The translations under genes and the position numbers were made by a program. The notes below the pieces were generated by a model, which was given only the letters and a program-made list of their open reading frames with translations, did no database searches and had not been told where the DNA came from. Below, piece by piece: positions 52,578 to 62,998 of a stretch of 64,000 nucleotides of DNA (position 1 is the stretch's first letter; the number at the start of each line of letters is the position of its first letter). This DNA comes from Octopus sinensis. Lineage: Eukaryota. The stretch covers positions 26,970,001 to 27,034,000 of the forward strand of contig NC_043006.1 in the NCBI RefSeq assembly GCF_006345805.1. The letters are read 5' to 3'.

Positions 52578-53057
52578 TTTAGAACTATAAGGAGTACTCT
52601 GACGGGAGTATCTGTCGTTTCTAGTTGCAGGACATCGAGGAATATGACAATTTTGATCTTGTTGGTAATGAGGGTAAGCAGAATGTGGAGGAAGCAAGGG
52701 GTTGCGACAATTGTAAGGGGTTGAAATTGGTGAGTTTATTCGATGAGGATGTCTTTGTTGAAAATAATGATTTCCACTGCGATTGTCATGTCCAAGGGAT
52801 CGACCCGAATCAGTGGACGATAGATTAGGACTCGAGGAGCAAAAAGGCGAAACATATGACTGGTTACTTGGTGAAAAAGGCGAAACATATGACTGGTTAC
52901 TTGGTGAAAAAGGCGAACCCCATGGTAATTTTGAAGGGCTTCCTCCACTTGCAGGACTGTCTCCACTAACAGTATTTGGAACTCCAAACTTATCATCACT
53001 CGATCCACGACTGACGTTAAACAATGCGGGTGAACCCCAACTAGGAGACTCTCCCAT
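52578..53057 (-). CDS. MPLKIP: MPLKIP/TTDN1 orthologue exon 1 (160 codons, SP-rich, disordered)
   Basis: ORF MGESPSWGSP...RQSTPYSSK then donor AAA|GTAGGT in phase 0; STP(Y/F) parallels human RTSTPF. Confidence 0.88.
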
Positions 53058-53157
53058 GATTTATACAATTATTTTAAGGATAGGTAAATATGATCCTGAC
53101 AATGATAAATATCAAATTCAATTTGGGAACATAAAGAAATTCACACAAAAATCTAAA

Positions 53158-53185
53158 ACTTCCGGGTCCTACGAGTGCGCATGCG
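53158..53185. promoter_or_regulatory. MPLKIP core promoter motifs: ETS/GABP-type and NRF1-type
   Basis: ACTTCCGG (53158-53165) and TGCGCATGCG (53176-53185), about 100-130 bp upstream of the ATG. Confidence 0.65.
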
Positions 53186-53419
53186 TCTATATTATTTCCG
53201 TTTATTTTTAAAATTCTATCAATACTAGGACTCTCTCTCTCTTTCTTTCTCTCTCTCTCTGATCGGTCGTGTTATTCTTTTTCTCCGCAATGAAAGATTG
53301 TTTTTGTGCTGAAAATTGTGAAAATTTGCTGTTTTGGTCGTCGAGACCACTTATTTTCTGCTGTTGCATCAGAATTTTGCTGTTTTTCCCCTTGTTTCAA
53401 GGGGGAAGCGACGAAAAAC

Positions 53420-54975
53420 ATGAATTTGCCACCAATTTCTTCCGAGTCGGAGGAAAACTTTGAAAATTTGTTTGAAGGCATGAAGGCGAAAATGTGGGAG
53501 GAGGAAGGTAAAAGTAAAGAGGCGTCTCGGGCGCGCGTTACAAAAGCAGAAGACAAAATGTCTAGTGAGGCTACTACACAACAGGAAAAGTCAAAAATAA
53601 ATTTTGCGAGTGCAGCAACTCGCCCCTGTGAAAACATCGTTATTAACAAAGAAAGATTAAAGAAGTACCAAAGTTTATTAAAAAAAGAAGGTGATAATGT
53701 GAAGTTGTTCCCTCCCAGTGAATTAATTTACGCGACGGAGAGAAAAACTGTCATATACAAGACATATAATGTGAAAAATAGGAAAATTGACTTCGTGCAG
53801 AGAGAAGCCATAGAAAAATGCTTGAGGCCGATATGGCAACAAACTACTTATATAACGAGGGGCAGTCGCTTCGGCACGGTAGAGGTGCGTTTCCCTAGCG
53901 AAGAAATAGCTAGGGAACATTCAACAAGAACGTTGAAGTCAGACGAGGTAGTTCTTTTACCATTTTATTTAGGAATGAGAACTTCCAGGATAACAGTCAC
54001 GGACATTCCGCCCGAAATAGATGTGGACTTTATAATAGCAGCGATTCTCTTAGGCAAAGAGGAAGAAATTGCCATTCTTCAGTCTAAGAGATATCGCCAC
54101 ATGAACTGGTATGGACAAGACTTAGAGCTTGTGATCCAAGCAAACCCCTCGGACTTGGAAAAATTGCCCAGCTCCCTCACCATTGGAGATAATACCAGCA
54201 TGATGGTAATAGTCGAGGGAAGAAAGCCTAGGTGTTATAAATATGGCGAGAAAGGCCACATAAGGTCGAGCTGCAAGAAGATAGCCAAAGAAAATACTGC
54301 AGAGGCAAGCACGACGCCGAAAACAACTACACTGCTAGAAATAGCAGCCACGTCGCGCACCCCAATTGCCGAAGTTCAGCCAACTACGGGAGAAAACAAC
54401 AACATCCAGGAGTGGGTCACCATAGAACCTTCAAAAAGAAGACGGAAACGGAAAAATCCACCCTCTTCGGATACACAGGACTATACTCCGAGACAGACAA
54501 GCACACCCACACCCACAAATACAGTCGCAAACACACACGTAGCCAAAAAAACACACACTGGAAAAAGCACACACAAACACACACACACACCTACCACAAG
54601 CACACACACACCTACAAACACCCACGCTTCTACAAGCACACACCCACCCACAAACACCCCACCCTCCACAATCGCCTAACAAAAAAAAAAAGAAACACCC
54701 TCACGGCGATAAATAAAAACAATAACCCATTAAGAGAAAAAATTATTTTACTGAAATCGGCGAAAAAATATATCGTAACAGATATAAATAGTACTATATC
54801 TGAAATTGTAGAATTTTATACAATAGATAACGCTGATTATTTTGAAATAAAAAAAATCTTTTGCGGAGGACGTAGGCCCGTTACAGATGAACTTTACGAG
54901 CCATCTGTACAAGCAATTCGCAAAAAAACTGACCTCGCAAAACACAACACTCACAGACAGAAAAGAGGAGGGTGA
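53420..54975 (+). pseudogene. Tx1 ORF1 (gag-like; RRM-like region and CCHC knuckle with one Cys-to-Tyr change; frameshift in the CA-rich tail)
   Basis: First ATG at 53420 in ORF 53306-54679; CYKYGEKGHIRSSC at 54233-54274; apparent continuation in frame 54412-54975. Confidence 0.75.
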
Positions 54976-55041
54976 AACTACACCCTCTCTTCCGTTAAAA
55001 CAGTAAGTTTTTAAACTTTCGACTAATTTTTCACATTCTCG

Positions 55042-58000
55042 TTTAAACTCGGTTGTATAAATATTCGCGGCCTGGGGTCGTATTGGAAGCAAGGCTACCT
55101 CCTTAACGACCTTAGGTCGCATCGTTTGGATGTAGTGGTAATTACCGAATCCAGACTGAGTGGGCTGCAGGCCTTTACGCCCCTTCTAAACGGCTACGAG
55201 AAATACGTTTCTCCCTGTCGACCTGGAGGGGGCGGAGGAGTGGCAGTGCTGGTCAGGAAAAACCTGGATTTAGAGATTAGAACTGTCTTTATAGATCCGG
55301 AAGGCAGGTTGGTCGTTTTGGATGTGACGCACAGCAGTGGTAAAGTGTTCAGGCTGGTCGCTGTCTATGCTCCCTGCGAAGGAAAAGCCGGGCAGAAAGA
55401 GTATTTCAAAAGCCTAGAGAATTTTCTTGGCACGTAGAACACGTTAGTATTGCTTGGTGACTTCAACATAATTTGCGATGCAAGCGTAGATTATGTTGGC
55501 TCGAGAAAGAATAGGAGGGGATTACCTCACCTCAACGATATGCTAAGTCGTTTCGAATTGGCAGATAGATTCAGACTGGACCACCCAGACACTCCAGCGT
55601 GGACCTGGGCAAGAAACGACGGGTCGTCCAGATCTTACATTGATAGAATCATAACTAGAAGGAAAGATAAGAAAATACTTAGCTGTCCACACACCATATC
55701 GTCAGCTACAGCGATCACAAATTAGTGACCTGTATGCTCGACATAGATAGCATGTGTAGACGAGGTACCGGTTACTGGAAGCTAAACAAGTCACTTTTGG
55801 ACTGTGAAGCCTACAGGAATCGGATTAAACAATTAGTAATGAGGGCGTTAACCGGATCCATTATCAACAACAAATGGTGGTACGCCCTGAAAAGAGCCAT
55901 CAAATTTGAGTCAGTTAGGTTTAGCAAAGAACTAGCTAGTGCTAGAAACAAAGTTGAAAAGAACTAGTTAAGGCAATAGAGAAGGCAGTGCATCGAAAGT
56001 GTTAGCGGCGAGGTTAGCACTCGACCAACATCTCAAAGCTAAACATGAAGGGTGCATTGTCAGGGCTAAGATCCGTGCAATGAGACAGGAAGGGATCAAC
56101 GCAGCCGGGTGGTAGAGGGCCAGCATGGCAACAACTCAACCATTCGATCCTTGACTGGCCCAAATGGTCGATTAGTAAACGAACCCGAGGAGATGTGCAA
56201 GGTGTTTCATGATCATTTCGCCCAGCTATTCGGAAGGAGCGCGGGGAGAAGCTCGTAGACTTCCTAGACGGTTCGCCACGTCTATCGGGGCCGGACGCGG
56301 AATCTTGTGAGGTGCCGATCACAGCCAAAGAAGTTGAGGATATGTTGGCAGACTGCGGCGGGGACAAATTGCCGGGACTCGATGGTCTGCCTTACGAACT
56401 CTATAGTAGCATGCCAGACTTGTTTGAGCACCTACATGCATGCGTGTACACCAACTGGCAGCAGAACAGGAGAATTCCTAAGTCTGAGCCGAGGGGTGGT
56501 AGCGCTGTTAAGAAAGGACCCAAACAAGGGGGATTTAATTGATAATTTTCGGCCCATCACTCTGCTTAACGCAGAGTTGAAGATTTTGGCCAAGGTCTTA
56601 GCAAAAAGGTTGGCGCGGGTCATGAGTGAACTTGTTGGCGAGGCACAAACTTGCGCCATCCCTGGAAGGACCAACCACGACAATCTCCACTTTCTATGCT
56701 ATGCCTTAGAAAGGGTAAATAGGATTCCTGGCAAGGGTGGGGCTATGGTCCACTTGGACCAATCGAAAGCATTTGATAGGGTGGACCATCAGTATCTGGC
56801 GGCGGTCCTCGCGGCAGCTGGCTTCGGCCCGACCTTCCGCGGATGGATCATCGCTTTATACAGCAACATCGAATCGGTAGTTCGGGTAAATGGTTTCCTT
56901 TGGGAGCCGTTCAGCATTGAACGTTCGGTACGTCAAGGGTGTCGTCTCTCCCCGCTTCTCTATGTTTTGGCCCTCGAGCCGTTGCTGAGGAGGTTGGAAA
57001 CTATGAGAGGCACTCCGCAAGATCTAGGGTGTGGAAAGTCAGCTTCGGTGTATGCAGACGACATCACCGTCATCGTTTCCCGAGTCGAGCACCTACAGTG
57101 GGTGGGTGAGGCCTTAAGGGACTATGAAGCGGTGGCAGAAGTGAAAGTCAACCGGGATAAATCGCTCGGCTTGCAACTCCGCACCTGGAGGGGCAAGTCG
57201 ATGACTTCAGACAGCGTCGTTGGACGGAAGGACCAGTGAAAATGCTTGGAATCTGGTTAGGTCCAGATCTCCAGATAGAGAACTGGAGCGAGGTGGCGAG
57301 AAAGGTGGCTCTCCTAACTCAGACATGGTCTGAGCGGAAGCTGTCCTTGAAAGGGAGGGCGGAGGTTGCAGTGGTGTTTATCACCTCTGTAATCACTTAC
57401 CGCCTGACCGTCGTGCCTTGCCCTGATTCGTGGCTGAACAAACTGGAACGCATGCTCTTTCGCTTTTTGTGGAGGGGCAGCAGACCTCTTGTAAGGCGCT
57501 CTATTTGCTGCCAATAGCCGCTGAAGGGATGCCGTGGCTAAAAATGCGCAGACATGCGCTCAGGCTTAGGCACCTCTGGATTTACCTGGACAGTGAGCAG
57601 GTGTGGTCTCCGTTCGTAAAGCTGTTATTTCTACAATTCATATCGTTTAACGAACTGAACCCATGGATCAAGTGTAGACCGAGGTTGGGCGTGTGGAATG
57701 TAGAGTGCCATCAGGCACTCATGCTTCTCTCCCAGTCGGGCAACGCTGGTGGCGAGGGTACTACCTCGTTCTTCTATAGAGGGTTAGTAGAGTTTAAGTG
57801 TGACGACGTCCTAGGAGAAACTCTGGGCTTCGCCGAAAATCAACTGGCCAGCCTGTTCCAAAGAACATTCGGTCCAGGGCCTATGGATAATTACCAAAAG
57901 TCCCTGGCCTGGCAATGTTACAGAGAAGCTTTACCGGTTCGAGATAAGCTCTTTAGACATGGGTGTGCACCTTCGCCGGTTTGTGCAAGATGTGAGAGGG

Positions 58001-58383
58001 ACAGTGAAACTGTCCCGCACGCGATTGTGCAATGCCCCAAGGTGACTGAACTCTGGGCTTATGTCGAACACCTGCTGTCGCATTCGAGAAGTGTACAACT
58101 GTCGAGCGAATCTGTAATGAAGATAGTTCCGCCGACCTCCCTGAATAGGGAGGAGCGAGCCTGTTGTCTCTCGGTAGTTGCTATAGCGAAAGAAGTAGTG
58201 TGGAAGACGAGAGTAAAAGGAATTGCAACAGGCATGTTTATCTCCAGTCTCGAGCTAATCAACTTTTTCGTTTTCCACATGAAACGGAAAATAAGGCTGG
58301 AGAAGAAATGCCTGTCGCAAAGTGTGTTTCGTAAAAGATGGAAGTATATAGCAAGTATGTTGCAAGTGAAAGAACCTGTTTAA
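55042..58383 (+). pseudogene. Tx1 ORF2 (AP endonuclease, reverse transcriptase, zf-RVT), with several stops and frameshifts
   Basis: LGCINIRGL, ITESRL, LGDFN, SYIDRI, GYWKLN, FRPITLLN, LDQSKAFDRV, VRQGCRLSP, YADD (about 57051), CARC...ETVPHAIVQC. Confidence 0.93.
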
Positions 58384-58639
58384 TTGAGAATGTAAAAAAG
58401 CAGAAAGCAAAGTCTTCAGTGTGAGTATGTGGTTTGTGGGGTTAACCGCGTCCTCCGCTTCATTTTTTGTTATTCACTCATTCTCATTTAATTGTATATA
58501 TTTTAATTGTTTGTTTATTCATACATTTCGTCTCATTCGATACCCTGACCCCAACGTTTGTTTTGTCTGTCCCCTCTTTTTCTCAACCTTATGGTGAATA
58601 AAGAAATACACTCTCTATCTCTTGTTATTTTCTTTAGAG

Positions 58640-58930
58640 AATCCATCCGTCTTCTCCACTAATTTTTCTAGGGAAGTTTGTAGAACAGAGTCTTCAGACA
58701 TCTCTGTAGGATACTATCAAAAGCAGCTGTCATTAGACTTCCTGACTAGATTCCCAACGGTGACTGAAACTATTATCCAACCATCTCGTTCTTGGTCTAC
58801 CCCTAGGTCTCCTGCTGGATGGCTCAGCTTGAATTTATTTTACAATTCTTTTCAATGGCATTCTAATCCCTTGTCCGTTATAGCAGAGCTGTGTCCTCTC
58901 AATCCAGAAAAACAACGACTCGCCTAGTAT
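58640..58930 (-). mobile_element. Old RTE C-terminal remnant
   Basis: - strand RRPRGRPRTRWLD motif. Confidence 0.5.
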
Positions 58931-59104
58931 TGTGTTTGTGGCCTTCACAAATACTCTGAGACTAACTAATATGACCAACAGCTACAAGTTGACGGTTGCA
59001 GAAGACAAATGGACAGGGAGGGAATTCCGACGTCGATGCGTTAACCACCAAAAACGTCGTGCCAATCAGTCAGGTGATCTTTTGGGGATAAATTTTTATA
59101 TTAA

Positions 59105-59650
59105 CACCTGCACGATTTTCAATAAGAAAAAAAATTGGGTTTTTTGCATGAAGTCAATTACCCTCACTTAATATGCTGCAAATTTCTTATTTTGGTTCGG
59201 AAGGAAGGGGGTGACCACGCCCATCCTGGAATCATTGGAAAAAATTTTTTTTTCATTGAATGAATTCCTGTGACCTAATATGCTACAAAACCCTTTTTGA
59301 GGTCTGAAAACGGGGTTGGGTGAGGTGGAAGCCACAGAAATTTCACCCCCACCCCATTGATCATTTCACCCGCACGATTTTCACTAAGGGTAAAAAAATA
59401 AAAATCAGATTTTTTTGTGTGGAATCAAGTACCCTGACCTTCTAATATGCTGCAAATCCTTTACTTTGTTTTTGAAAAAAGTAGTGGGAAACTGGAACCC
59501 CTCCCCCAATATCCTGGAATCATTGGAATTTTTTTTTTCTTAATGAATTCCAGTGACCACCTAATATGCTACAAAACCCTTTTGCAATCCAGAAAACTGG
59601 GTGGGTGGGGTGAAGTGGAAGCCTTGGAAATTTTACCTACTCCCAACATT
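59105..59650. repeat. Two tandem units of about 262-285 bp with internal TAATATGCT(G/A)CAAA subrepeats
   Basis: Units start at 59105 and 59367; same family as 4564-4623. Confidence 0.75.
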
Positions 59651-59759
59651 TTACAGAAATTTTCGAGAGTGTGAATTACATGGTTCGTTATTAAATATTA
59701 TCATTTAACGTCCGTTTTCCATGAAATTGTAGAGCTGCTTGAATGGAGGTGCATTGATG

Positions 59760-61605
59760 TATGTTGGAGAGGAGCTTCAGCCAGATTCCTCACAGGTAAG
59801 ACAGATAGGTATAAAATCTTCTGGGAAGGTAACAGTGATGGAGTAGGTGGTGTGGGCATACTTCTTGCAGAGAAACATGGGCTGTGAGGACATGCACAGG
59901 CTTGTAAGAAACGAAGCTAGTATTCTCTGCTGGGTATGTAATGTCAGTATGCATGCACGACAGAATGTAAGTGCCCTGAGAGAAATGTTGGACATAAAAA
60001 CATCAGATGTGGTGTGTAAGAGATACGACTCTGCTGGTATTATCATGTGATATGTATGGATGAGGACAGGTGCGTGAAGAAGTATCACACTCTAACAGTG
60101 GAGGGAACTTGTGGAAAAAGTAGACCCAGGAAGACATGGGATGAGGTAGTGAAGCACGATCTTCAAATGTTGGGCCTCATAGAGGCAATGACAAGTGACT
60201 GAGACCTTTGGCGATATGCCACACTTGAGAAGTGAGATTGTAGTCATGTCATATAACTGGCCCATTGAAAGTACTCTTCAATTGTTGGACAATGTGTTAT
60301 GCTTGTGAAGACCTGTCAGACTGAGTGGAATTATAGTTGTGGCCGATGCCAGTGCTGTCTGACTGGCACATAAAAAAACAGTGTTGGGCTTCATAGAAAC
60401 AGTGACAGGTGACCAAGATCTTTGGTGATACACCATGCTTGTGTAGACCTATCAAGCCAAGCGAGACCATAGTCATGGCCAATGCTGGTGTCAGGTCAAT
60501 GGCACTCATGCCGGTGACATGTAAAAAAACACCTACTACACTTTCAGAGTGGTTAGTATTAGGAAGGGCATCCATTTGTAGAAACCTTGCCAAATTAGAT
60601 TGGAACCTGGTGCTACCCCACCAACTTACCAGTTTTCAGTCAAACTGTTCAACCCATGCCAGCAGACGTTAAATGATGATGATATACTTATGTATGTATA
60701 TAATTATATATATATACACAATGGGCTTCTCTCAGTTTCTATCTACCAAATCCACTCACAAGGCTTTGGTCAGTCCAAAGACACTGGCCCAAAGTGCTAC
60801 ACAGTGAGACTGAACATGGAACCATGTAGCTGGGAAGCAAGCTTCTTAGCACAGTATTTCTTATCTCCGAAAAAGAAGACACTCTAAAGCATGGAAATAT
60901 GCTATGCGTGAGAAGACCTGGCAGGACAAGTGAGTCCATAACCTGTGGCCTTTGCCAAGGATGTAGCCAGCCCACTTATGCATACCTTTCCTTCTTTGGA
61001 CACAAAACTGCTTGCGAAGACCTGTTGAGGCAAGTGAAATCGAAATCGAACCACATTCGACGACTGGCACCCATGCCAACCTCCCTTCAATGGACACTAA
61101 ACTCTGCTTGCGAAGACCTGTTGGAGCAAGTGAAATCGAACCAAATTCGATGACTGGCACCCGGCCATTGCCAGTGCCGCTGAACTGACTCCTGTGCAGG
61201 TGGCAAGTAAAGAAACACCATTTCGACCCTGTGCTTGAGGAGACCTATTGAGTCAAGTACATCAACATCAAAAATCAATGGAAATTGTTGTTGTGGTCCC
61301 TGTGCCGGTGGAACATAAAAAGCACCATCCGAACATGGCCGATGCTAGTGCCACCTTGACTGGCTTCCATGCCGGTGGTAGGTAAAAAGCACCAACCGAT
61401 CGTGGCCACTGCCAGCCTCGCCTGGCATGTAAAAGGCACCCACTACACTCACAGAGTGGTTGGCGTTAGGAAGGGCATCCAGCTGTAGAAACACTGCCAG
61501 ATCAGACTGGAGGCTGGTGCAGCCTTCTGGCTTCCCAGACCCCTGTCGAACCGTCCAACCCATGCTAGCATGAAAAACGGACGTTAAACGATGATGATGA
61601 TGATT
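59760..61605 (+). mobile_element. Two RTE remnants (59760-60686 internally deleted; 60885-61605 3'UTR) separated by a - strand SINE fragment
   Basis: FWEGNSDGVGGVGILLAEK joined to ETWAV; GRPRKTWD; two (GAT)n tails. Confidence 0.8.
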
Positions 61606-61609
61606 ATAA

Positions 61610-62136
61610 CAAAATCGAACACACATACACAGGGTATGTGCGTTGTTAGTTCATAGGTTGGTTGCGGTTTTTAGGCTTCAGAGAATATATTCTTTATGCG
61701 CCTGGTGTAAAAAGCACCTGAAAGTAAGTCACAGTCAAGCGAGACAACTCACATCAGGTCCTTTCTTGGAGTGACGGACATCAATGTTTGGTCATTGCTT
61801 TGACTTATCAATGTCACATACCTAACAAGGCCCACTGCAAGCCATATTGCCAACTATAACTATATGCTAAAGAGTTTAAACATCATCTGCTGTGATGTCC
61901 CATTTCATGCCACAGAAAAACTTCAAATACGAATTAGAAGTAGCTCAAAGTACATAAACAAAATCGAACACACATACATAGAGTGTGTGTTGTTAGTTCA
62001 TGGGTCAGTTGTGGTTTTTAGCGCAAGAGGATATATTCTCTATGTGCCTGGTGTAACATATAAGACACCTGAAATTAAGTCACAGTGAAGTGAAACAACT
62101 CACACCAGGTCCTTTCTTGGAGTGACAGACATCAAT
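61610..62136. repeat. Pair of about 177-bp direct repeats (61610-61786 and 61960-62136) with a unique spacer
   Basis: AAAATCGAACACACATAC ... CAGGTCCTTTCTTGGAGTGAC(G/A)GACATCAATG occurs twice. Confidence 0.8.
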
Positions 62137-62562
62137 GCTAAACCATTTAGTATGTTTTCATAGTCAGCATAAAGACAAAAAACACCTGTGCTGGTGCTGC
62201 ATTTAAAGCACCCAGTACACTCTGTAAAGTGGTTGGTGTTAGGAAGGGCATCCAGCCATAGAGACCATGCCAAAACAGACATGGAGCCTGGGCAACTCTT
62301 CAGCTGGCCAGCTCCTGATAAACTGTTCGACATGTGTTGTAAAATGGGTTCCTCCCACTGGTGTGATGTGCTATGTGTACTGTAGTTGCTGTTTTACGCT
62401 AGTAGCCAAAATAGTTACTAGCCCATTATTTACATTTGACAGATATTTGTACTCATTTTGTTTGTTGTTAATACGTTTTGGCTGATATACCCTCGAGCCT
62501 TCATCAGGTGTCTTGGGGAAATTTCAAACCTGGGTTCTCATTCCTAAGGTATTTTTTGATGA

Positions 62563-62601
<39 letters not shown>

Positions 62602-62824
62602 TATTATTATGTGCTGCTTCTTTTAGTTTTTTGTATTTTCCAGTGGTGTTCTCTGTCTATCATTTTAACTTCATCCCACAGGGGCACATATGCTAGGACA
62701 CAACAATTTCCCAAGCAGACCAAGTACAAATATGAATAGCATATGGGAACCGGTATTGAGGAAGGATAGGAAAATATTAGATTTATAAGCCCTAAAATTC
62801 ACTCCATAATTGCCCACAGGCATA

Positions 62825-62868
62825 TGGCATAGTGGTTAAGAGTGTGGGCTAACCCCGAGTTCGATTCC
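62825..62868 (+). promoter_or_regulatory. tRNA-type Pol III internal promoter (A box and B box)
   Basis: A box TGGCATAGTGG 62825-62835; B box GTTCGATTC 62859-62867. Confidence 0.65.
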
Positions 62869-62958
62869 AGGAAGTGACCTGAATGATAATAATAATAATT
62901 AACAATAACAAAAACATCAAAAAATACCTTAGGAACCCAGGTTCGAAAATTTCCCCAA

Positions 62959-62998
62959 GACACCTGATGAAGGCTGGAGGGTATATCAGCCGAAACGT
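62959..62998 (+). ncRNA. Minimal type-I hammerhead ribozyme motif (this copy truncated after GAAACGT)
   Basis: GACAC-CTGATGA-A-GGCTG-gagggtatat-CAGCC-GAAAC-GT; the missing GTT-GTGTT half is intact in the copy at 4667-4679. Confidence 0.65.

Larger units (their letters stand above)
53244..58609 (+). mobile_element. Full-length Tx1/L1-group non-LTR retrotransposon, about 5.4 kb, disabled
   Basis: ORF1 plus ORF2 (APE-RT-zf); AATAAA at 58597-58602; candidate 14-bp TSD ACTCTCT(C/A)TCTCTT at 53230-53243 and 58610-58623. Confidence 0.9.

Noticed and set aside
52783-53211. 142-aa + strand ORF overlapping MPLKIP exon 1
   Set aside because: It is the antisense shadow of the real exon, has a non-ATG start and shows no independent motif.
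62819-62880. Functional tRNA gene
   Set aside because: A and B boxes are present, but there is no complete cloverleaf (anticodon arm shortened, no acceptor-stem pairing); it is treated as a tRNA-derived promoter.
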